DNA of 63,216 nucleotides, filler included, from Lenisia limosa (lineage: Eukaryota; Protista; Breviatea): assembly GCA_001655205.1 (NCBI GenBank). It is 19 parts of 19 records of this genome, joined end to end, with 100 filler letters (N's around TTAATTAATTAA, not from the genome) between each part and the next. Parts side by side here need not be neighbours in the genome. Positions count along the whole stretch, not along the records: positions 1 to 3,675 come from LPNZ01009754.1; positions 3,776 to 11,397 come from LPNZ01008989.1; positions 11,498 to 18,642 come from LPNZ01005126.1; 16 more parts are not named here. One strand, written 5' to 3'. The position numbers were made by a program, and so were the translations under genes. Under the pieces are notes generated by a model. The model was not told where the DNA came from, ran no database searches, and worked only from the letters and a program-made list of their open reading frames with translations. Positions 1 to 11,498 of the stretch are shown piece by piece. Each line of letters starts with the position of its first letter. Within the stretch, counting starts at the first letter, position 1.

Positions 1-105
1 TTCGTTACCTCTCTCTCGGCTGATAACACTTCTCATCCACCTCCCCTCCTATTTTGGTATCTTTCACACTCTCCATTTGGAAGTCCTTCCACTTACCGCA
101 TTTAG

Positions 106-3100
106 TCATGCGGCAGCGCCACCATATCCGACGCCGGATGGTGGGGTTCAACCACTAACGACGGTTCCCATTTCCCTCCAGGTATGCTGTGTTCTTTACT
201 TGTTGTCTTTCATTGATTAGCATTATCTCAATCATATCATATCAATTGCAGCACATCTATAAACACAACTGAAGGGACTAAGATCATGAGTAGCTTCATA
301 CTCTGACCGGAATCTGACCCCTTCAGGCCTCCACGCCTCCGAACATGTCCATGGCCTCCTCAACTCCTGCGGTGCGACAGAGGCGAATTTAGCCGCCATC
401 TCCGCCGCCACCGGAGGGGAAACCAGACTCACGCATTACCTCGTACCGGTTCTGGTGTGTGGATGAACCGGGCTTGTTTTTGCTTTTGTGTTTTTGTCAT
501 CTGGTATTTGTCTAGTTTTAGCGTTGGCTGCTCGTGTTTGTTATTGCTTGTTTTTTGTTTGTTTGGAGTTTCAGATTATTCGGTCGAAATTTCCTTCGTT
601 TTACNNNNNNNNNNNNNNNNNNNNNNNNNNNNNNNNNNNNNNNNNNNNNNNNNNNNNNNNNNNNNNNNNNNNNNNNNNNNNNNNNNNNNNNNNNNNNNNN
701 ACACGGTTCTCTTGTTCGAGTTGATTGTGATTTGTTTCAAATAACTAAAAGATGACTTTAGCGTTGTTATTCTTCATAACGCCCCTTCCTCACCCCCTTC
801 AGGAAATTGACGAGGCGCCCAAGGTGCTAACAGGCGACGATGCCATGTTCTTCACCAAGGTCACGAGTGCGTATAACGGCCTCGACGAGTGGAAGTACAA
901 CCCGGCTCAGCAGGCTGCCAAGTACTGGGGCCGAGTATTATGCTGCTTGCTTGAAAATGACTCCTTTTGGTTTTTGATGAAGGGATAACAATATTCTTTT
1001 TCTTGCGTTAATTGATCTTCCACTCCATGTGCTTACGTTGAACAGATACGGAGACTACACCAACGTTCGTCTCCTCCAAGCCTGGGCCGGCCTTGCCACA
1101 GTACCCTCAACGTTCATGCAGTAGGACTGGGTTATACTTATGCTATTAATCCATCCAATCATTCACCCGTTCCCCAGCATAAAATGTTCTTTCTGGTCAA
1201 ATAAAATAATACAAGTGATATACCTAAGACACGGATTAGTTTTGATTACCCTAGACACGGAGGTCGCATCACTTTGACCTTGCCTGGCGGTGTCTCATTC
1301 CCGGCATCCGCACTCTCTGTTGAACCGGTTCACGTGTCGGCTGACTACGTAAGCTCCGTCTTTCCTCCATCCTTCTCTTCTCCTTCCATCCTTAGATATC
1401 ACCTTTTTCTCTCTTTCCTTAGGTCCAGATCATCACTGAGGTTATCTGCCCCCAACCGCGGATTTTCATCTTAGCCCCCCCCCAGATTGCCATCACCGAG
1501 ACCACTGTCACCACCAATACGGTTGTTCTCGAAGTTCGTCGGACCTCTAAAATCGGCTCCCCCCCTCCCGTAAGCCGATTTCTCTATCCGTGTGAAGTGT
1601 CTACCTTCCGTTTATGGAATATTCTCTTTCAGTGCTTTCCTTTTATGTCAAGTAGCCTGGAATAGTTATTGACCTCTCAGGCTGCCAAGCTCCTCTATGC
1701 TCTGCAGTACCTCAACGGAGCTGGAGCCTCCATCTCCGTCTCAATCTCTTATCAACAGTGCGCATATTCGTCGTCGTTGCCTTTATTAATAGAATTTTCA
1801 TTGTTGTACACTATCAAATGTTCAGCCATTATTAAAATACTTCTTTTTTTGTAAATTCCTCGACCATGATCTCGATACATTATTTTTCAGGATGATGTAC
1901 GACATGTCACAACCGCTTCTTGACCCCCCTTTCGTCGTTTATCTGTCCCCAACGTCAGGCTCAGGTGCGCTATGCGGGGCTCCTCTTCTGGGATATTGAC
2001 AGTCTGGCCCTATTATGCATACTTGTCGAGTAAATAGTGATAATAGTTCCATCACTTGTCATCTTTTGACCCCCCAGTATCCCTCAAGAAAATGCTTCAT
2101 TTCGACATGCCTGCTGTCAAGTTTGCGGGTTTATTGACTCTCATATGGGATTATGCTTGGTCTTGCCTCTTCTGTTTTCTTCTTCAGTTGTGGCACTTTT
2201 GAAAGGATTACCTGTCATTGTATCGGTGTTCACACCCCACAGACTGACACACCACTACTCTGCACCTATCAAGGAAATGTCTCGTGGCACTGTGGTATGG
2301 GGATTGGTGTCTCTATTAGGCTTAAAGAAAGATATTTCTAAGTGTACTTACCATATCAGGCAACCTCCTCTTGCACTTACCATATCAGGCAACTTCAGCC
2401 CACTTTGAACAGGAGCTCAAGGCACGTCGTACTGTTTACGGCTCAACTGGCATGACACCTACTGTTGGGGGTACTTTCTTAGTCAAAACCGCTTGCATGC
2501 TTGCGAGTTTAATATCGATGTGGTACGCCCCATGTTAATACGATGTAGAAAACCAAGGGCATCGTTCTCCGCGGCTCTTTCGGCGCTACATTAGTTGCAT
2601 TAGGTAAGCCCCCTGTAATGGCAATCTGTTATTGTAGTGTGTACTTTCTTTCTACCAACCTGAGATCACATCTTCCAACTCTCTAGGCAACATTGTGCAC
2701 GATGACACAGAATACCATCCCACCGCCCCCATCACGTCCTATGTCACGTGGTATGGTGCTGAAGCTCACTGCAATTCTTATATTTANNNNNNNNNNNNNN
2801 NNNNNNNNNNNNNNNNNNNNNNNNNNNNNNNNNNNNNNNNNNNNNNNNNNNNNNNNNNNNNNNNNNNNNNNNNNNNNNNNNTCATGACTAACACCTTCTT
2901 TGACGAGACCATTGGCGTGTATGGGGGCAATGCTGGATCAACTACTTCAATGATTGAGCATTTTTGACTGGCCTAGGCACTGTTTTTTGACTTTCAAACT
3001 CGTGTGTATCAAATGTTAAGCTAACAGAGTTGATGTCTGTTTTGTTTTGTTTTTGTTTCCTACGTACATATATATACGTTCGTTACCCCCCCCCCCCNNN

Positions 3101-3624
3101 NNNNNNNNNNNNNNNNNNNNNNNNNNNNNNNNNNNNNNNNNNNNNNNNNNNNNNNNNNNNNNNNNNNNNNNNNNNNNNNNNNNNNNNNNNNNNNNNNNCG
3201 AGTGGCGAAGTGACGTGACACACAGTGTCCGCGCGGAGATCAAGGTCTCGAACAAGTTCCCTAAATAGTGAGGGGGATCAAGGTCTCCAACAAGCTCCCT
3301 AAATAGTAGGTTCAAAAAGGGGATCAGTTCTGAAGGCTCTAAATTAATAGTGCTGGAGGGGACACACCAAAGCAACAAATTTATCACACACCACTCCTCT
3401 CACCATCCAGCTTCGACGCTGCCCGCTGCAAGGCCAACGAACATATTGTCAACGTCAACACCCTCAGAAGAGTCCTTTCTGATGACCAGGTCGGTTGAGT
3501 GCTGCCAACGCTGATTCTAACATGGAATATGCGCTCGAATCTGTTTTGTCCTTTGCTTGCTCCCTTTATCCCCCAGCTTACCGGCACGGAGGTGGCTTCC
3601 CCAGCCCTCTCTGACTACACCGAG
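106..3624 (+). CDS. Multi-exon (>=18 exons) hypothetical protein, partial; one exon resembles the FGE/sulfatase-modifying-factor domain
   Basis: Chain of AG..GT-bounded open exons, e.g. SCGSATISDAGWWGSTTNDGSHFPP / GLHASEHVHGLLNSCG.. / EIDEAPKVLTG..KYWGR. The exon from ~2687 reads HPTAPITSYVTWYGAEAHCNS, similar to the FGE-type P(V)xxVSWxDAxAYC motif. Only some junction phases were checked. Confidence 0.6.
2917..3097 (+). repeat. Family B copy apparently starting at the GT donor
   Basis: GTGTATGGGGGCAATGCTG (degenerate head)..GACTGGCCTAGGC..AGCTAACAGAGTTGAT..TTACCCCCC then gap. Confidence 0.65.
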
Positions 3625-3675
3625 GTATGTTGTTGGTTACTTGGATTGCTTTCAGAGGGGCAGATATCAAGATCT

Positions 3676-3775
3676 NNNNNNNNNNNNNNNNNNNNNNNNN
3701 NNNNNNNNNNNNNNNNNNNTTAATTAATTAANNNNNNNNNNNNNNNNNNNNNNNNNNNNNNNNNNNNNNNNNNNN
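3676..3775. other. Artificial contig-joining spacer (N44-TTAATTAATTAA-N44), first of 18
   Basis: Identical 100-nt structure with the 12-mer at 3720, 11442, 18688, 19912, 21438, 24631, 27682, 28904, 34303, 37220, 38792, 44559, 47070, 48904, 50295, 52801, 54784 and 61781. The 12-mer gives stops in all six frames. Sequences either side are not true neighbours. Confidence 0.97.
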
Positions 3776-4020
3776 TAATAATAATAATAAACATGACTCC
3801 TTTATCACACTTGTTTAGTAGAATTACAAAATAATACACCTTCATGGAGAAAGCACCCCCAGCCCATGGTCTAACTCTGTTAAGCGTACTGCTTCATTTC
3901 GGTACGAAAAAGAAATACCTTATCAATATCTATATCCCTCCAAAGCCTTTCAAACGTGTTGCAGTTTATGTCGTAATAACCGGCCACCTTCACAGTTGGC
4001 GTCATTTTGTTCATTGACAG

Positions 4021-5749
4021 ACATGGCAATTGCCAAGGCAATTTGCTCTTCCTCGCTGAGATCTCCAACCTAAAGGATCACACAGGATTTTACGAGATAT
4101 CTGACTGTGTTGTGAGTAGACGGAATTCTTCGACAAACTCCACATTATCGCATGCTATTGGCCTTTGTCAGACTATTAGAAATCCTTATGATCAATCATT
4201 AGTCATAAACTTGGACCCCCCACCCCCCTTCAAACCTGAGCCATATCAATACTTCTCTCGACCTTTTTTGGCAGGTCTGCGGGCTGAACGTCTCTCCAGT
4301 GTGGACCCCAGGCTTTGCTCTCCTCCACTGCTCGGTGCTTCCTGACAGTACGTGAGAACAACTCTTAAACGATGCGAAGACAAAATCAGGAAAAAAATAT
4401 ATTCTGAAATAGCACCAAAATCCAGGAGGAATGGAGATAGGGAAACAATTGAAATATGGAGAGTTTGAAAACTGCCAAAAAAGCAGTGGTTGCTTCCTCT
4501 CAGAGGGGGGTGAAAGAATATCAAAACTTCGAAAATAGTATTCAACAATGAAAATAATAATAAAAAATACAAATAGTGGTTTCTTCAAAGGACGTAAACG
4601 AAATGTTCTTTGATTATGATGAAGTTTTTTTCAAGGTTAAAAACGTTGGGACTCGCCGTTTCGACGTTGATGCCAATAAATCATCAATGTTTGCGAGTTC
4701 AAATGCCACGCACCAGATTGAACTGTCATTTGATCTGGATGCAGATATTGATTACGTTGATAATGTTAATGTTAATGTTCAGTGTGAGTATTGTACTGAT
4801 ACAGATGGGATGATTTTACAGTTTGTTTATAAAACATTTCCCTACCTACATATTATATGAAGCAAGACTAACTGGTTTATTCATTTTCTCTCATTTAGAT
4901 AAGTTTACGGTGTTCGCGCATCTTTGCGGCGATACACTCAAATGTTCAGCTCGACGCTCCCCCCCCCCCGCATCCTTACCTTAATAGGTCCTACTCATTG
5001 AAGCCACATGGCCTGTGAAGAGGCTGAGCTTGCTCCGATGCGTTTAGACTTTGTANNNNNNNNNNNNNNNNNNNNNNNNNNNNNNNNNNNNNNNNNNNNN
5101 NNNNNNNNNNNNNNNNNNNNNNNNNNNNNNNNNNNNNNNNNNNNNNNNNNNNNNNNNNNNNNNNNNTTTGTATACAATATATTTTTAAACTGTCCCCCAG
5201 TCCGCTTCACCGACCGAACTGCTTCCGAACCATCAAGACGACATGACCCCTGTAAGCTTGCGGAACTTCACAACATTATCCATATTTAAAGACAAATACT
5301 TATGTATTATCACAGGAGTCCCCTACTGTCAATCTCTCCAGCCACCCTCCGCCTGTTGCCAAAAAATCTGTTTGCGGTTACTGCCACTATTGTCTACATA
5401 TTTTCATTTGTACAATATTTATTCATCATGTGAAAGAACCACTATTATTTCATTTTAGACAACTCATCAAAAGTTTCAAAAGTTGAACCAGTTTCACGGT
5501 TGGTAATTTTAATATCTTTTATTTAATTATGTTGCTCTAACCAACCAGGAAAGCTGGAAACATATACAAACAGCGATTTTCCTGATAAGAAGTTCGTGAA
5601 GGCGTATCTTAACAATAGGAACTACGTCCTTGACGAGGTCAGTTGATTATTCATTTGTTTTAACACCGCCCACAATGACTTTACTCATTCTCGCTGCTGC
5701 GCACCTACAGTTTCTGAAGCTGGACGTTCTTCAGATTATGTATGCACAG
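4021..5749 (+). CDS. Multi-exon hypothetical protein (partial)
   Basis: Open splice-bounded exons: HGNCQGNLLFLAEISNLKDHTGFYEISDC, VVSSKDVNEMFFDYDEVFFKVKN, KLETYTNSDFPDKKFVKAYLNNRNYVLDE. No family recognised; may be more than one gene. Confidence 0.4.
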
Positions 5750-6366
5750 TTCTGGGGATTATGATTAACAATCCATTTTTGAGGAGAGGGGGGGGGGGGG
5801 NNNNNNNNNNNNNNNNNNNNNNNNNNNNNNNNNNNNNNNNNNNNNNNNNNNNNNNNNNNNNNNNNNNNNNCCGCCCCCCAACTTCTGAATACGTGGGCCG
5901 TCAACGTTATTATACATGTTGTTTTGCGTTGTACTGTATATCGATATAGTTAACGATACTGTAATCTGATGTGAGCATCATTTAACACCCATCAAGTTTT
6001 TAAACACATGTTTGGGTATCTCACACCTTAAGGCGATGTACCTCTCGGAGCTACCGAGCAATGTGAGTGATTTTATTATTAGTGTAATAATCTACTGCAT
6101 GACAAAAGTTGTAGGACTGTAAATTGGGCATATATTCTTATACAATATATAATTATAATAAGGGTGCAAGAATTTTTTTAAACGTTTCATGTGTGACAAT
6201 TTGACAAATGATGAACCGAAAGGAACCACTACATAGCTAACTAATAAAAGAGAATATTGAACAGATTTGGGACAATTATGAAATGAGAGAAAAAGGAATG
6301 TTAAGGGATGCAAAAAGGTGCTAAAGAGCAGGCCAAAGGATGATGAGGACCAAACTCAACTTTATT

Positions 6367-9300
6367 TCATAAGATACTAAAGACCCATTTTGATTTACAT
6401 CAAAACAAGAAAAAAATGAGATGGGGGAGCGGGAGGGGGGGATAAAAGAAATTGTGATGATAGAATATTGGTGTGAAGTTATTAGGGGCTGGCAGGGCTG
6501 ACCTGCTTTGACGGCCATCGCCGCCCTTGTTTCCTCTTCTCAGGGGATCGGTAGCGTTAGTGGCGTGGAACGGCTGTGGCCAGTCTTTGGCGTACTTCGT
6601 GGCCTCTTTTCGCGCTTTGTCCTCAGCGAGGCGTCGTTCCTATGTATTAAGAAAACTACTTCAAAATAGAAACAACATTCAACGGACACACGCAAACCAT
6701 CAATGGATTATTTAAAACGGACCCATCCACGCCGTGAAGTCGACTTTCCACGGACCAAACTACAACATATGGTCCGACCTAAACTGAATGAGTAACTACG
6801 TGCATATGATTTGGTTCAATAACTAGCAAACATATCAATATGAGGAGGCATGTTGTGTACAGTTGTAAGACAAATGACAGGTAATATTATAATGAATATC
6901 TCTGGCCGGATCCTTGTATCGTTATTATATTCCATATGAACGCCCACAGCCCCCCCCCCATACGGCGGAATAATCAGGGCCATTACCAGACGTGCCGACG
7001 GCAACGAGACCGGGTCGGGAGACGAGGGATGTGATTTGTCCACGCGACGTGTTGTGCGTTGTCGGACCCTCAAGCTGAAAAGTAATCGTTATGGATCGCA
7101 GATCTAAGGTTATGGTCAACAGTCAAACAATAACTTGTTTCAGAGGACAAAATAATAGTTTTGACATATCCCATGAACGTTGGAGGTTGATGAGTCAGCC
7201 AAGCTTGATATAATATAACTATTCATAAGTGACCAAATTTCTGACATTCGCACCTTTGTGAGAAAATGAAGATTTGGTAAGGACAAAACGAGAACATCAC
7301 TTGAAGGCGCAAGGGAGACACAGACAGCAGCGGGTGACATTGAAATTCGAGTACACGGTTCGCTAGCAATCTGAGGGCTGTAACTCTTCAATCCAGTCCC
7401 ATTGATGTTTATCGAAAGAACATATAATATATCATATGCTGGGGAGGCACGCAGAAAGCTGTGTGCACAGAATTTAAAGGCAAATGATTGGATTAATTCT
7501 ATACTATAATCCAATTTCTCTTTTACTTCGGCCAGACACAACCTTTCTCATCTACAATATACAGTGGTTTACTTGGTTTATGGGGGGGGGGGTGTTTTTC
7601 GAATATTGTCATTGAAGAAGCAGATTCAAATATGATAATGAAAACAAGGACAGAAAATAACAAACATCAAACCTTTTTGGAAGAGACAACAACACCTTCA
7701 ACAATGTCTGTCACGGAAATGCACCCTAGAAGGTCACTCTACCGCAATAAACTGACTTCATGCGGAGAAATCCTCATTAGTAAGATAAACACAACTCAGT
7801 AATACACCGTGATCCAAGAAAACACATTATACTCGAATAGTGTGTGAGGGATGGGGGCTACTCACCATCAGAAGTCACAATAGCAAGGTAACGCCCGAAC
7901 ACTTCACAACTCGTCACCTTGGACTCCTAAACAATTACAATAAGAAGGTAATTCATCAGTGCAAAAATACATCCCAATAGCTCACAGCTGTAAGTTCTAT
8001 AAGGTCTTCGAAAGGACAAAGTGCCTAAGATAATGACAGCATCGAGGAATCAATACAGTGTCCAAGATTTCGAAGGGTATCACACAGGGGTATGTATACA
8101 AGAAACATGCCCACCGTGGAAGTTCCCCTAATGAAGTCATCAACCAGTGCCATTGAGAGAGTTCCGTGCCGGGTGACCACCATCACCACCTCCTTCGGTG
8201 CTGTCTCGCCCACTGTGTCTGAGGAGGTTAGTAACTTTGGTATTACATTCATTATAACGTACAAAAGGGATCATTTACTATGTCTTAAACTTAACCATAT
8301 ACCCAGTCGCAGTCCTACTTTCAACAGGGGCGATTCCGGCCCAGCAGGTCCCTTCAAATACTTGTGAGTCCAGGACGTGGTTGCCGCCGCCGCCGACACT
8401 GCCAATGGACACGGTGCCATTCTAAATGGTCAAAAGTGCTTCACTTTCGGTTTCAAAAAGTCTTGGAAAACATCTTTATGAATAGAGGATTTAGGCTCCC
8501 ACAAACGTGCAAAGCAAGCAAATTCAATTGGTCAAATACATGGTAGTGGAAAACATATTACTTGCTTTGGTTTGCGATTAATGACCCCTTAAAATCACCT
8601 TACAAAGTATAATATAAGGGCTCCGTGCAATAAATGTTTTGAAGAAATTAATTGCCAAAGTTTGAAATTAAAGTGTCCGAAATGGAGTCCCCAAGAAAAT
8701 ATGTCTCATTTCAAATTTTCAGCCCTAGTATATCATGTTTTTTGATATGTAAGGTTCAATCACCCCCCCCCCTCCAACAGTACAAGCACATACAACATAG
8801 CGAGGTGACGTGTCCAGGCACATCACAGTCCCATTGGGTCTCAAGACAAAACCGTCATCAGGCCGCGTGATCCAGTGAATGCCTATTGCACTCTACCATT
8901 GGGTGAGGACTAGTTAGACTTCATTTGAATATAAAAAGGGTCGTTTATACTTTCCAAGTTTATTGAGGGACTCATATGTGATATATCATATACTAAATAC
9001 TGTTTCATATTCAGGGTGAGAAAGTAGGTAGGAACGAGAATGTGTAAAGAGTAACGTAACCACAAACTTGGGTGGCAGAGGCAACATAAGATTGCGAAGG
9101 AGATATGTGGTAAATTTCAGTATCATGCGTAGGTGGAAGATGCCTTCTTTTGCCTTTCACTCCAACAGACTGAATAAAAATGAAAGCTGTAGAAATGTCA
9201 AGTGTAGCGCGTCTCAAAAGACTGAATTGCATAAACACATTGACAATAATGAAATAGTGCCTCCAACCATGAGACGATGGTCACCTGAAGCGACAAATGA

Positions 9301-10490
9301 GAGTTTAGACGACAGTTCAATGGCGGTGGTAGGGGCCTCACCTACACCGTTCGCATAGACCTTGTTGAAGACTGTATTGGGACCACAGAGACTGAGGGTT
9401 ATTAGTACTAGTGTACTCCTGGTGTTAAGCCAAAGCCAACATTACTCTTTGATCTGCTGCCCTACCTTTCTTTGATTTTGGAGGCCGAGAGACTCGTGAA
9501 TGATAAGTGACATCGAGGTTCTTGAGGCGGTGGTGGACTGTGGAAGGATTAACCTCGAAACAACACGAAAAGTATAAGCTGTCACAGTCCAGTCGGATCT
9601 GTAGATTAATGTTTCACAGTAGATGTCTGTTTGGCGTTGATTCCAGTGTTATCATTGTTCACTCCCCCACCCACTGGTCATGTAGAACCAGACGGTCCAC
9701 GGGCCCTGCAACACCAGGCTTGATTCTGAAGGCTTTGGCGGCCTTCTTGCCTTTGGCCGCCCACCCGCCTTCCACTGCATTCCTAGGAGGTAACGAGGCG
9801 CTTTCATATTATCAAATTTTGTGCAAACATGTTTTCACAATAGAAGGAGACAGTGATCCAGTCTATCTAAAATCATTCTACAATTCATGAGGGAAATGAT
9901 TAGTATTTGCCTTTCTCACCTCAAGCTGTACTCCCTCCGCCAGGGCATGTCGGAGGAGGGCGGCGGGCTGTGGTACAGCGTCACTGTTGGCGCGGTACTG
10001 AGAAGATGTCTGGAGCTGCTGGTGGAGCTTACAGCTTCGTCAAGACTTGATAGACACGCGGGGTTGCCCCATCGTCGCGTAAAGGCCTCTCTAAATGCCT
10101 GAGAAGGGGCGTGGAATTCTCAACCCTGTGAAAAACAACGGGACTCAAGAACATGACAAAAAAGGCAAGGAGTGAAATACGCACAAGTGAACTCTTTACA
10201 CGCGTCAATGGTCATTATATAAAATTATAACGCTATTATCAGGGATTATCACCCACTTCCAAAGGTTATCGTTGTCAACTACGTCCCTCCAGGATCGACT
10301 GAATTGTGTGAGAGGAGGGAGACAGAAATATATGATAGATTCACTCAAAATGGTTTTATTTGTTTTTATTTAGTATCAATTAGCGTTGTAATACAACGAA
10401 GAGTCCCTCATACCACACTAGCCGCATTTTAGCGATGGACTTCGGGTCCAAAAAGGCAAAGGAATGAAACAAAACATGCTGATCAATCAT
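6367..10490 (-). CDS. F-box protein with probable WD40/beta-propeller C-terminus
   Basis: Spliced N-terminus MIDQHVLFHSFAFLDPKSIAKMRLVC|RSWRDVVDNDNLWK is an F-box motif. It is followed by WRREYSLR..MQWKAG and beta-strand-rich exons (VTSCEVFGRYLAIVTSD, ITSLVSRPGLVAVGT). The 3' end is approximate. Confidence 0.7.
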
Positions 10491-10646
10491 ATTGAACCAG
10501 GAAATTTTTGAACAAAATTGGACATTGTTTTTTTAATTTAGTGAAAGCCGGCCGCGGATTATTAAATAATTGTTTTGCTTTTTTTTTTGTTTTTGAAGCC
10601 CAGCTTGTTTAAGGAAGTACCTACATTCTTTATATACCCAAAAACG

Positions 10647-11396
10647 ATGAGATCTTTTTATTTCCTTTTGATCGCCCTCCTTTTCGCTGTGACGTCAGCT
10701 GCGCTCGTTTGCAAAGGTATAGGGGAATATATTGACACTAACCGCCAGGTTTTAGCGCCATTTGTCTTTCCTGATATTTTTAGAGCCTAAGGCGCAATCT
10801 GCTTTCTGTGCATCCACTGGAAAGTTCTGTATTGAAGAGAGCACGGTTTGGAGCTTATCAACTTTCCTATTGATTGTCTTCTAGGACCCCGACTTTACTG
10901 AGACTCTTACTGAGGCTGAATTCAACAAGCAAGTTACCACTAACGTATGTTTAAAGGAACGTTTATTTGCCCGAGGTTCTTTGTGACGGAATTTACTCGC
11001 CGCCAATTCTTGACTGGACTCATCTCTTCCAGAAGGCCACTTGTGAGAAGAACTCTGACGACTTTATCCCTGGTTGCAAGGTTGATTGGTAGGCCTTGTG
11101 TTCTTCCTCTCATTCTCTGCGGTCACTCTACCCCATTGGATTTTCTCTTTCCCCTCGGGAACGAAGGAGTATTCTCTTTCAGTGTTCCTTCGCGTTATGA
11201 GGGTTACCAGTTGTTTCTTGTTTGGTGTTTTGCAACACGTCAAATCAAAAAGTGCAATGTCAACTAGGCCCATGACCTTCCAGCCCCTCTGACGTCGACA
11301 CCTGCGCTGAGGACATTGTTGATAACGCCTGTGACTTCGACAAGGAGACTTTCTGCTCCACTTTCACCAAGTCTCAGGAAGATGGCGGACTTATGG
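10647..11396 (+). CDS. Secreted cysteine-rich hypothetical protein (5' part)
   Basis: MRSFYFLLIALLFAVTSAALVCK signal peptide, then in-phase exons EPKAQSAFCASTGKFCIEEST / DPDFTETL.. / KATCEKNSDDFIPGCK / ..CAEDIVDNACDFDKETFCST. Confidence 0.7.
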
Positions 11397-11498
11397 TNNN
11401 NNNNNNNNNNNNNNNNNNNNNNNNNNNNNNNNNNNNNNNNNTTAATTAATTAANNNNNNNNNNNNNNNNNNNNNNNNNNNNNNNNNNNNNNNNNNNNA

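Noticed and set aside
9670-9730. eIF4E-like motif LQGPWTVWFY
   Set aside because: It sits in frame within the F-box gene, and downstream exons lack the other eIF4E tryptophans and motifs.
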